Shown here in pieces: positions 24,425 through 37,500 of a stretch of 64,000 nucleotides of DNA. Position 1 is the first letter of the stretch; every line of letters starts with the position of its first letter. Source of the DNA: Daphnia carinata (taxonomy: Eukaryota); contig NC_081331.1 in the NCBI RefSeq assembly GCF_022539665.2, positions 372,001-436,000 of the forward strand, given 5' to 3'. The notes beneath the pieces are model-generated. The model made no database searches. It had not been told where the DNA came from and saw nothing but the letters and a program-made list of their open reading frames with translations. A program made the translations under genes and the position numbers.

Positions 24425-25583
24425 TTACTGGTTTAGGTATTTCAATAAATCCTTTTCCATGTCCTACAAAATATCAAAATAACTATTATATATAGGATGT
24501 TCTTTTTGCGTAGCAAGCTTTTCCTTACAAAGGGATCCGTGGTCGTGGCGTGACGAGCAACTGGTTGACCATTCTTATCTACAATAAACTTGGTGAAATT
24601 CCATTTAATGCCACTACAAATAAGATGAATAAAAATATATGTCATAAAACGAACATACAGAAAATTGCATTTTTTTGTTTACTCTGTAAGGGTTCCTCCC
24701 TGTTTTTTCTTTAAGTATTTCCACAGAGGGTGGGCGCTATCGCCGTTAACATCAATCTTGGCAAACATGTCAAACTTCACATTGTAGTTGGCTGCAAAGC
24801 TTTTGATCTCAGCATTGGTTCCTGGTTCTTGGGATCCAAACTGTTGTGTGAAAAATGTTATATCTTAATTCATTAGACACAAATACAAGACAATCTGACA
24901 GAAACTATACACATTTAATTAATTTCCCATTACCTGATTACAAGGGAAACCAAGGATCTTCAGACCCTTAAAAATGAATCAATCAGAAATTGTTAGTATT
25001 CTGCAAATAATAGCAATGTGCAAGTGTTACCTTCAAATCACCATACTTTTCATGCAGCGCAACTAGCTGAGTGTAGTTGACTTTTGTCTTGCCTCATTTT
25101 GACGCAACATTGACAATTATGCAAACATGCCCCCTGTTTATAAGATTTTTCGTTATGTTTGTGAACTAGATAGTTAAGTTATTACCAACCTGTATCTGTC
25201 AAGGGACACTGTGTTTCCATCTATATCAACAGCAGTAAAATCATAGATGGATTGAGCTTGTTTATAGTTGGCATTGCCATTCCCTTCTAATGGGGAGGCC
25301 TGAAAACAAGAGTTTTAAAAAAATTGCTACAACCATAACTTTTTGAAATTTTTACCATGATGGTGCTGTATTTAGAGTAGCTGGCTAGTAGAAGGGCTCC
25401 TCCCGTTATACTACGAAAACCTATAACAGAATAACGTTTTTAAGAAGCGGCTATGCACGATGACACAGCACTCTTTAATCAGTTTTTACGTACAATGAAA
25501 AGCTGGGCTATAAGTCTAAAACCTCCCACAAAAAAACCGATAACGGTTATCATAACTTACATACCATTTGCCATAAGACCCAT
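24425..25583 (-). CDS. GPx4: Selenocysteine-containing PHGPx/GPx4 with N-terminal extension
   Basis: Spliced [42 protein letters not shown]..|[15 protein letters not shown](25094-25096)[10 protein letters not shown]..|[18 protein letters not shown]..|[27 protein letters not shown] falls at the active-site position. Confidence 0.93.
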
Positions 25584-28530
25584 GCCGAAAAACAATGTCG
25601 TCTTCTTCAATTTTCCTCGAATAATACAAATTCATTCAGAATTTATTAACTACGGGTAATACCCATTTCTATGTATTTGTCATGCTTGTCAAGATGAGAC
25701 TAAAGAGCATCTTCAAAAACATTAGCTATGCTCGTTTAAAACATGTGCAATTTGGCAAAGAAGCAAGGACAGCTCTTCGCTACAATCGATCGATCTAGCT
25801 ACGGTGATTGCCGGTTTTTCTGTATCGCTAATTTGAAGGACATTGTCCAGCACCTATTGGAATTCATTGCTGTCAATTGTGAATTTATACAAAAATCGAA
25901 TTCGTGAATAGAGCAATAATATGAAAGGTGTTGCAAACTCAATTAGATGTTTAAGATGGGGAACAAATGATTAAAAGCTCTGTCATTGAATAAGTCCGAA
26001 GGTTTGTAAAAATATTGGTATTCTAAGTATTTGTGTTGGCTGTAAATGTCATGGCCGTCCACTGCACAATCGATTTATCCATGCCCAAAAATGCATGACT
26101 GCCAAAGGTTATGATGACGTTCACGTACCTGTTGGCTACAACTTTCGACATGAAACTGTGTTTAAAAATAGAAAGCACTAATGGATCATAAAAAAAAAGT
26201 TATAAATCTAGATGGTATCAAAGAAGATGACATCAGTGGCTTACATGTGATTCATGTCTACTGTATGAGCTGCATCACGCCTCACTACATTGCATTTCCG
26301 TTCATTTATCCGTCAGTACTTTAATTAAGAAGTGAGGAGGTAACAACGAGTTTTCGTCTTAAGTGATCTCAACACTTTGCCTTTTGAATATATATTGCTT
26401 GAAATCGACCGATAAATCAAACCAAACTAAAATGTAGATACCAACAATGACAGCATATCGTTGATCGCTCTGTAAGGGGGCACTGTCTCAGGGCAAGCAG
26501 TAATTTCTTTTTGTTTTTATAGTGGCCTTTTCTTGTAGTTACCTATCTCAGAACGCCCAGATGGTAATCTGCTCATGGAATGGCCATATTTCTTCGTTGA
26601 TGAACAAAAAAAATAGCACGGAAACCGAAAAGCAACGAAATGATTGGCCGATTCGGCGGTAAGGAAATTTTGTGATTCCATAACTCTTTCCCAAATGTTC
26701 TTCTCTCACGGGTATCTATTATTCCCCTCCACACATTTTACCTGGTTCGCTTTCGACGGGGAAATGGCTTCCAGTTCCCCCTGTTGTCACATTGTTGGTC
26801 TATCAGAGTTTCCGACCGAAATCTAAGCAGATGCTAGACGTCAGTCCTGTATTTTAACGATCACCGGTGACTTACACCAGATGCAATTCATGGCTTAAGC
26901 TTGATTCTATCAGGTGCAGATGGTTAAATCATTTGAATGCCACTCTCTCTAGCGTGCACGTAAAGTAGATGGCACGTCTCAATAGACCCATTTTTTTTTT
27001 TTTTTTGTTCTTTTACGTGCATGTCCAGCAGCAACTTCAACCATCTGCACAGTGAGACGGCCAGCTGCTTTTAATCTCTCCCGTATCTTCTCCCGCATTC
27101 AAACGATGCTTTGGTGACTGCTAGACGAAATAACGTGAAACGATAACGGTCGCCATAGTTTAACCCCTTTTACCCAAGCCAGATGCTGGCCATTTTTCCA
27201 TCCAACAATTTCACGTACTTCATAATCTTTAAGAACTCTGAAATCCAAAGTTGCGTCAACTGTGACGGGAGCCGTAAAATAAACTTTATCATTGCTCATT
27301 TACGTTGTCTCCGAGCTCTCGGGGACGTGGCAGGAGCTCCAGTTCAGAATCGATTGCAAGTCGCTTGGCATGGGAATAATATCTCGCTATCCTCGGATGC
27401 GTGTACGGAGTGCCCTCTTCTCTGCAAATAGATAATGCTTCGTGTCCTTTTAAGACAACATTGTCGTAAAGAAGCCTTTCGCATTGGAAGCAATTAGGAC
27501 GAGAGCAGACGTCGTCCACTAACAAAGCGCTGGTTGTTTGTTCAAAGACATCGTTGCTTGAAGATTTAGCGTCGCTTTTGCCCGGTACGTTTTGTCGCTT
27601 CAGTAAATCTCATGCCCATCACTCTCAGTTCCGTTGAAGTTGCGTGATAGAGCCGGGACCCTTCCATCCTAGACTGGTGCACTTTCTGAATAATTGACTA
27701 ACAACATTGATCGTGGACATAGGGGAGAGGACTGGTACATTACAAAGTGGCCAGGTTTTAATTGTTTTCAATTCTCCTCTGTATTGAATATTTGATACGC
27801 TCTTGATTTTTCAATGAGACACACACACGAAATGCACGACGATTCATAGCAGCCAAACAAAACAAGAAAGAGAAGGGGGGGAGCGAGGGGGGCATACAGC
27901 GTAATTGTTTTGGTTTTCATAAAAATTCTAGATTAAAACGAAATCATGGGGGTGACGTGACTTCTCTTTTGTGAAGGGAGATGTTTTTAAAACCAATCCA
28001 AATTTACTACGATAAACTGAAACTTAAAAAAGAAAAGAGAGCTACACGAATTGACGAGCAAAACTGTGAGAAATATTGAATGTTGCCTTATCTTTTTCGT
28101 ACGTTTACAAAAGGGAAATTCTACTATTGTCTTGGTCCAGATGATCAACGTAGGTTTTCCAAATCGAGAGAGCAAACATGTATGAAAATGCATCGTTAGC
28201 AGAGAGACGCAGTTAAAGGGATACTGCGAGAGAGCAAAATAAGACATCATTCAATGGCAAGGACATATGAATAATATACTGCACTTATGATATCATTATA
28301 GATGGGGAATGCAAATCAACCGAAACGTGACGTACAATAGAAGAGAAAAGAGTGAAATGGATAGCATAGATTTTGAAAAAAAAAATGATCTTTGAATTTT
28401 GGTTGTTTTTTTTTTCCACTGTGGCAGATAGAGAGCTGATTGGTATGTCGAATGATTTTTTAAGCAATTAAAAAAAATTAATAATAATACAAATGAAAAA
28501 AAAAAGTACAACTACGGGCGGATGTTTAAC

Positions 28531-31500
28531 TTAAACTGGTGAATCTTTGGCCACGCTGGACTTGGACGCGCTCTTCTTGAGGCCGTTGTTGATGTCCGTC
28601 GCATCGTCCTTGATCAACTCCTTCTGGTCGTCACTAACGTCCAATCATTTCAATCCATTAGTTTCAATGAACAAAAAAAAAAAATGCCTTTGTAAAATTG
28701 GGATGCACAATAGAACGTTAATTGATTATAGTACAAATTATCTTGAAATTGATAGCCAAGCAAAAAAAAAAAAAAAAAAAAGCATTTGTCTGCGTGTGTT
28801 ATACGTAATGGTGTTTGAGAAAGATGCGAAGATGATGAAAAAGATGAAAGAGGAAGAAGAAAAGTAGAAAAAATGGTTTCCAGCTTTAAATGTCGGAATG
28901 GAGGGGCTCGAATCGTCTGTTTAACGGCTGGTGGGGCTCTCGACTAGTTGGTCCTCTTCCAATTGACCGATCGTCTGTTGCCAACAAACCGGTGTTATGA
29001 GGATTGTTAGTCGGCCAGCGAGCAGTTACTTGAGTTTTGTGCAGTTTACCGCCAGCAAAACGCAGAGCTCTACCGGAAACAGAAAATGATAAGACCAAGC
29101 GTGCAGAAAGGCGGAAGAAAAATAAATAAATAAACTAAAAGTAAATAAATAAAACAACAACTGAATAATAACCAAACTTGGCTAATAAATCAAACCGGAT
29201 GAACCAGGCATAAACAACTACAGGAAAAGAGCAGAAAGCGGTAATGAAGAAGGCTGAGGCGAAATATAAACAACGTTTTTTTCCTCCCCAAAGAAAAGTA
29301 CCAACACCATCAGCTACCCAAAACCAACATCAATAACAACTAACAAAAAAGGCATTCCTAGAAAGGGGTCAATGAAAAGAAGAAATATACTTGATCAAAG
29401 TGGGACTAGGTTGATCGACTTGGGCCGTCTGTTGTTTTTGCTGTTGAACGTCATTCGGTGGATCGCGGGAGGCATCCTGAAACTCGACCGTCACTTCTCT
29501 CAGAGGCGTTTTCTCGTCACTGAGACACGGACACGTATTACACAGAAGCCAAAGACGAATAGACAGAGAAGACGTTTTTTTTTTTTGAAAAAAGGACACA
29601 AACGATGAATTATAAAGGGCGAAATTAAACGACTACAGAAGACAGTACGGACTATAAACGAACAGGTTACCACCCATGATCATAAAACAGATCTTTTGTT
29701 TTGTTTCTAATTTGTACGGAAATTGTTACGACAAAGCTACGAAGATAGGCCAATGATTGTACGTGAAGAAACGAATACGAAAGACGTTGGAACGAAAGAC
29801 AAAAGAAATAGGGTCACTTACTTGTGTTCATCTTTGCCACCTTCCATGAGCGCAGAGTTTTTGTTGCTGCCTTTGCGGCCACTACCTTTGTTCCGTCCCG
29901 ATCGGTTGCAAATTACGTATATTAAACCTGAAAAACAAAATGCATCGTTTTAGTTAATGTCATGCTTGAAAAAGTGCATCTGTCACATTCTTTGGGAATT
30001 CAACAATAGGTCTAATTACGGGCGCTAGATGGCGTTGGATAAAAGAAAAACAACAGCTGCCGGAGGGCACTACCAACTGCTACCCGTTTTTCTTTTTTTT
30101 TTTTTTAAACTGGTTTCGTGAGTACAAAAATTCCCAACCACTTTCCCGAAAAGCATGTAATTGCCGAGTGCGAGCGAATTGCTTTCATTTCATGAATGAT
30201 GGGGGCATTTCAAAAAAATAAAAGGGGGGAACCGACAAACTCTGCTGTTTCTTTATTGCGAGACGACAAAACTCCCGAACGCGGAACGACGCCGAAGTTT
30301 CCCCTCCTCCCTTTTTTTTTTTTTTTATTATAGCGGGCACCATAAAAAAAAAAAAAAAAGTTTAGAGGAGAAGGCGAGCAAAGTGCCGAGACAAAAATTG
30401 ATGATGTCTGGTCGCTTAATGATATGCAGCTCGTTCAACGCAAGCAACAGCCGACAATGGGCGTCGACACAATGTAGAAAAATGACGTCACGACGTCGAG
30501 AGTTCGTTTACTTAAAAAAAAAAAAAAAATGTTTTACCTTTTTTGTTGACAAAATAGCAGGAGACGTCGATGATCAAGGCGATAAAGACGAGGATTGCGA
30601 CTATGACGCCGATGATGACGTAAGGGATGGTGTTGGACTGCGGCTGGGACGGCGACGCAGTTTCGCGAGGCAAGGCGGTGGTCGTCGTTCCTAATTCAAC
30701 GGTGGCAGCGTCTGTATGTGTATGGGAGAGAGAGGCCAACGCACCACACCCCATAACGCGACAGACAAATTCGTGTGTCAGAGGTTATTTGTTGTTTTTT
30801 GCTGGCTCTTTGTTTTCGTCTCGCTACTCATACGTCTACATTGCTACCTCTTTGTCTCTCTCTACAAAATTACAATATTCATTTGTGATCGTTTAAAATA
30901 AGAAAAAGCGAACGACACAATTGAAACATATAAACACTCTATCTCTCTCTTTCTCTCTTTTTCACATTCGTCTTGTTCTAATTTCGCTAAAATCATTGGG
31001 ACAAATTTCTATACAATTCTAAATATGCAAAGTAGTATAGCGCTACCCCCCTCTTCTTCCTATAAAGGACAATACACAATAGGACAAACGACAATAAAAA
31101 GCCAGTTGAACGGAAGGTAAATTGTTTTTTTACTGGGCGGAGAGGGGAAAAGGAATGACTACTGCACTATTCGCCTATTAAATATTATTTTTTACATGAT
31201 CGGTTAAACCAAAACAGATTGCCAAAAAAAAAAAGGACATGTTGAAATTTATGATTGGTTCACTTCTGTTTTATCGTTAACTTTTTTTAATTTATATATT
31301 TTTTTTTTCCTTTCTGGGGCGAATAAACAAAACCGTGTATTCTGGAAATTTTCGTCTTTTTTTTTTTTATTTTTCAAACTTTTATTGATTTTTATTCATT
31401 TAAATTTTTTCTTTTTGTTGGGAGTTTTTTTTTTGTTTCCTGTTTTTGATCTCTCGATCGTTTTTCGATCGTCTCAAAAAGGGGAAATAAAAAAGAAATT

Positions 31501-34500
31501 CTTTCATTTTGAGACAAAACTCACGAGAGATAGGAGGGAAATGTGTCGGGATTAATGTAATTGTTCCGGAAATCAAAGTTGATAGAGTCGGAGGAGGGGA
31601 CAGGAGGAAAATGAACATGACAGCAAAAAAAAAAAAAAAAAAAAAAACATTTGGGCCAAAAAAAAATCATCTCTTAGTTATTTCTTTTTTTAATGTAATA
31701 GATCGAGCAGAAGAGGGAGCAATAAAAGGGAAAAAGCTTTAAAATTCTTGTTTGTTTTCCTTTTTTTTTTTTTTTAAACGAGAGATCACTAAATAGGCAT
31801 CTCAAAATGTCTTGGGAAGTGAACCAATTGTTTGAAGATATTTAGTTTTCAAAAAATCCGATAAGTCTGTGTGTGTGTGTGTAGCACATAAGGAGAAGAC
31901 AATCCAAAGGTTCAGCGTAAAAGAATTTCGGGATCAAGGAGATTTTTTTTTTCTTTTCGGGAAAGCCAAAGAAAATGTGTAGAGGGGGGGAGAAGATTTA
32001 AAGTAAAAACAAAGAGGGTTAAAGATCAAAGGGGATCAAGAAGCCATGTTAGATCAAATCAAAAAGAGGCCATAACATGCACATTTTTTGTAGTGTTTTC
32101 TTTCAAATAGAGATGACACGGTATATATATATATTGAAATGATTGCAAAAGAAAAAAAAAAAACTCCCCATTCTATTTTTAAAAGATATTCAGCCGCCAG
32201 CATTTAATAATTTCTTAACACACATGTTTTGTTTGTTTTTTTTTTTCTAATTCTTATTGTGTACAGACATTGGCTCTCTTTTTGTTCGCTGGGTAGGGGG
32301 TGGGGGATTCAGAACTACTGCGCGTTTCATCATCAATGACACACACTCAAACTCAAAGAAAAAGGTCTCTATATATACATACAGCCTACATTGTGTGTGT
32401 ATATATATATATAAAGATATGAAGACACGACAACACATTGGAATGGTTAAAAGAATTATGTTCTTTTTTTTTCAGAATTAAAAAATAAAAATCAAAACAT
32501 TTTTTTTTTTTTGCTTTAAAATTCGGAATTGTTTGCTTTTGTAAAAAAAAAAAAAAGAAATGGGAAGTTATTATTATTCATTATTGTTAGTTACTATGTT
32601 GTTTTTTTCTTTTAATCGAAACATTCGATTTAGTTCTTTTTGTTGAAAGCTGTTGTGATAAGCAGTAGAAGAAAGGAAGAAACAGCGAGGGGAGACAGAG
32701 AAGCAAATCTTTTTTCGTGTGTTTGTGTAAATGCTCTACGTTGCAGCACAGTTTGGAAATAAAAATCCCCACCCCCAACAAAAAAAAAAAAAAAAATGAT
32801 TATCTTCCCTCAAATTGTTGTCTATATGGTCAATTGGAATAAAAGCAAACGACGACGATGCAACAGTTAGCAGAAAAGAAAAAAAAAAAAAATTTTCTGA
32901 ATTTCAAATTTTTTTTTTTTTTTTTTTATTAGAAGAAGAAGGAGAGGATGAGGAACAAGGAGGAGCAGATAGCGGTGGTGTAATGTGGAGTAGGAGGAGT
33001 AGAAGTAGGGTGTGAGCCGGAAGTAGTTGTGGACCACTGGCTGGAACCTTCCGCCACGCCGCCCGACGAGCGAGAAGGATCTATAATTGTTCCAAAAATA
33101 TATACCACGCGTACAGTGGAATGTGTATGTGTGTAGGGTGTAGTAGAGTCCGCCGCCGCAAAACGAACACAACAAAAAAAAAAAAGGACGAAAAAACCAA
33201 GAAAAAAAAAACAAGTGTTCAAAAGCGCCAATCAAAAACAGAAATGACGACGGGGAAATTATGAAAAAAAAAAAACGATAAAAACAAATCGGCCCCTTAT
33301 TAAACTGACTCGGAAAAAAAAACAAAAATGACGATTTTCTAAAAATGTTCTTTTACAGCTTAATAAAAAAAAAATACGAAATAAGGAAAGACGGAGAAGA
33401 GGAAATAATTATGTTAAAAAAAAAAAAAAAAAATATTGAAACTGACCTTTGGCTGTGCGTAGGAGGATCTCGGCGGGAGCGCTGAATCCAATGACGTTAT
33501 GTGCCCTCAACTCGATGCGGTAAATCGTATCAGCTTTCAGGTTTTTCATTTCGAAACGGACGTTGGCCGGGTAGGGTACCTGAGTGCGGACCAACTGGCC
33601 GGCTTCGATCAATCCAGCCGATGTATTGCGCACCTTTAGAAAAAACAAAAAACAAAACCGACGTCGATTATTTTTGCATTTCAAAACGAAAATGAAAAAA
33701 AAAAAAAAAAATCCTTACGGGGTAATAAGCGACTTCGAAGTAATCAATGGGTTCGCCATTGTTGGGCGGCGCAGACCAGAGCAGCTCGTAGCGATCGGGA
33801 TACGGAGTGGAGACGATCTTGTTCTCCGTTTTGGCGATGATGTAGGGCTCCTCGGGAGCGGCCCGTTTGGGCATCGTGTGCGTCTCGTCTCGCGACCACT
33901 CGCCGTAGCCAACCTGGTTCTTGGCTGCGAACCGGAACGTGTACATCGTCTGCGGCTCCAGATTCTCCAAAATGTACGGGATATCTACAATGTCATTTGA
34001 CACACACACACACAGATGGGAAATCCATTAGACCATCCATTTTTTGTCGATTTTCAAAAAGAGCCCATCATCATCATTCCTTTCCATTCCGGGGCATTTA
34101 CGTATGATTAGCCATGCAGTTTTTCCTCTGGCGGGAAGAGGCCAAAGTCGACAGATAGGCTATACATTGAGAGGAAAAGAGGGAGACAAGTTGTCTTAAA
34201 AAAGGAAAAGAACGAATAGCGCATGCAGAAACAGCCCCTAGAGCTGCTGGATCAATAACCGTCCGGTCCTCTCTGTCGTTGGTTGGGAGAGAGAGAGAGA
34301 GAGAGACTCTCTGTATATACGAAAGAGCTCCGTCAGATCAATAACGGACGGGGGCCAAAAACAAGCTGCAGCTAGTGCTGCCGAGATACGAAAAGGGGAG
34401 TGAGAAAAGGCAAAGGGAAATCGATACGAGAGTGCACTGTGCCGGCTCAAACCGGGACAAATGATTCATATTTGGGCGTTATGAATTCAAAGAAATGAGA

Positions 34501-37500
34501 AGGCAGGTAAAATTCAAATGAAAAAGGGGAGATAACGAACCGGTGCTCGCGTGCGACATCGAGTCATGCAAATTGTAGTATTGGTTGTGCCCACCGACAG
34601 GCCAGACGCGCTGCAAAGGTTTCTCGTCCCAAACTTGGCCGGCTAATTTGTACTGAACTGAGAAGGCCTCGATGGGCAGACCGCCATGGTCGACCGGGCC
34701 GATAAAGTTGAACGTGATCGTCGTAGCTATTCGAAAACGAATTACAATCAAATAATCTTCTCTAATCAAAGGAAAAAAAAAAAAAAAAAAAAAAATCAAA
34801 TCACACGTACCGGTAATGGTCTCGAATTTGACTTGGAGAAGCGGGCCGGGCGGTCGAGCCTCACGCAGCTCGATGGCGTGCTCGTCCTTTCCGTGAATGT
34901 TCATGGCCAGACAGCGATAGGTACCGTAATAACTGAGATCGACTGGCGTCACCTGATACATCCCCATACATCAAAAGTAGGACACACAGACCCATTTTTA
35001 GAGGCACAATCAAATGATGTAAACGACAAATCACGAGAGACGTGCGTTGTCCCTCTTTGATTTGATTGATGAGATCAAAAAAGTACATTACGGTGATGGT
35101 GCTCTCGCCGTTAAAGGCGTGCATGCGGATATTGTAGTCGGTTTCGAGATTGCGTCCGTTGAGGAACCAGCTGACGGTGGCGTTGGGGATGGACTCGGCT
35201 CGGCAGGTAAGGTTGACCAAATGATTGTCCCACGACCAAGCCTCTCTCATTGGCGTCAGGGCAAACGACGGCGGGAATTCGACCGTAATGTGACCATTTT
35301 TGGTGTAATTGCCGCCTAATCCCAACGAGTGCGGTTATTAAAGTAAATTTTTAATAATGAGCCCTCAGGGAGAAAAGCGCTCTCTTTAATAAAACTGCGT
35401 GAAAATGAGCGATGGAGAGAAGAAGGACGGAACGTACCGGAATTTTTGGCAATGCAAGCGTAAAGGCCGTCGTCGGAGCGCATCAGGTCGCGGATGACGA
35501 GACGCGCCTGAGCGTATTCTCCCTCGCGGCTCGTGTCGACGATGATGCGATCGTCCGAATTCTGGACGCCGAGCGTGTACGGGATCAACGTGCCCTCTTT
35601 CAAGAAGGTCACCTCCGGCAGCGGATCGCCCGAAGCTTTACACGTCAGACTGACTTCCCGGCCCATGATGCCCGACGCGTTCAGGTACTCGACCACCGCC
35701 GGCTTCATAATCACCTGATGATATCACCATGGAAACAAAAACAACAAAAAAAAAAAGGGATATAGTAAATGTCAAGGGCCCCTTTTGTTGATTTAACGTG
35801 CCGTATAAAAATCCAAGGTCTACAAGTGAATTTATAGCTCGAGATGAAACGATTTCAGAAAATAATAATAATAAAAAAGTCCTTTGTGTTTTCTTACTTT
35901 CAAATAGGCGGTTTTTTGAATTTTGCCGGCTCGATTTTCGACCAAACATTTGATCTCGCCTTCGTCCGTCCGCTTGGTGTCCATGATCGTCAAACGGCCT
36001 GTTTGTTCATCAACGATGAATCTAGAAAACAAAAACAATAAAAGTTAAAATGACGATCTTAAATTCGTTTTTAAAGGAAAACCGTAGAACAATAAATCTC
36101 GCCTACTGATTACGTTTCCCCTTACAAACAGCAAGGCTCCAATAACACAACGTAAATAACTTTCCTCAATAAAAAAAAAAAAACCTTTTCTTTTCTTCTA
36201 AGGATTCCATTTTCATTGAAAAGGTTTCCATTTTCTTCAAGTCATTTAAACAACACACAGACGACGGTATTTTGTTTGCACCGTGTCGGGATCGTCCCCC
36301 TAACAAAACTATTGACTTTCAACTTTGTTTTTATTCTCTAGCCACTGATTTTTTCAACGCGTCCTCCCGACATAAGCCAATAAAGGTAAAGTTTCCGGTT
36401 TGACTAGACACGTGTGTTTCGGTCTCCGTCATTGTCATCGAACGGAACAGTATTGGTGTGAATAGAAAAGAGCGCGCGCGCGCGCGTACACACTTCCTCT
36501 ATCATGATTGCACTTCCACGTTTGTTGTTGTTCCGTTCTCTCGCAGTCTCATTCGTCATCATTATTGATGATTTTCCTGCTATTGTTCTAACGGTTGCAC
36601 ACCACAGTTTTTACACACACACACACACACACACAGCCAGTCAATTGAGAAAGGGCTCTTGGGCCCAGCCCCGTGAACTCGTTGCCCGCGGTACTGGAAT
36701 CACGCCAAACCCACGACAACTACACAACGTGGAATGTAATAACCAAAAAAAAAAAAAAAAGAAAATGTATAAAGAGAAAATGTTTTTCCACGAAAAAAAA
36801 AAAACCCCAAAAATTATGAGTCGGATCCTTCCCCCCTCCATTTTTGGAACATTTTCGTACCACCCAGCAACAAGCGACGGGCAAGTCCTTCACTTTGCAT
36901 GTAAAAACGGAAGCGTGAGTTCCGTTTAAATAACATAAATCTGTAAGAAAAATGTTTGTCGAATGTTACGGACGGCAAAATTTATCGACCATTAGAAATT
37001 GCCAAGCGTCTCGTTTTTCAATGGGAAATCGAGTGCGGGACTCGGATAAGTTTTGCCAACGTCATCTCGTGTAGGAAAAAAATATTTAAACCGCACCCAC
37101 ATCAACTTTGGCAATTAAAAAAAAAGAAATGAATACCGTTCGCGGTTGAGGTTGAGATTCTGGTTGTTGCGATCGAGCCAAGTGTAGACGGGGTCGGGTT
37201 TACCAGAGGCCTGGCACTCCATGATGCCGCCCTCGCCTTCGACGATGGACGTGTTGACCGGCTCGCGCATGAACTCGGGCGGAATGAAAACTTCGACACG
37301 GATGCGTCGGTCTTCCAGCTGGCCGGTCGTCTGCACTCGCGCCCGGCATGTGAAATACGTGTCGTCCTCGAGGCTCACTTCGCGGATCAGCACTCCGTCG
37401 TTCTCGATCACGTACTGGTTGTCTGTTGTTGGAAATTCAAATATTTAAAATTAGAACAACGCGGGCTGCAACCCTCCACAATAATTTGTTAAGCGACATA

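Noticed and set aside
25094..25096. Premature stop making the upstream GPx a pseudogene
   Set aside because: The TGA is exactly at the catalytic position, the rest of the frame is intact, and a SECIS is present.
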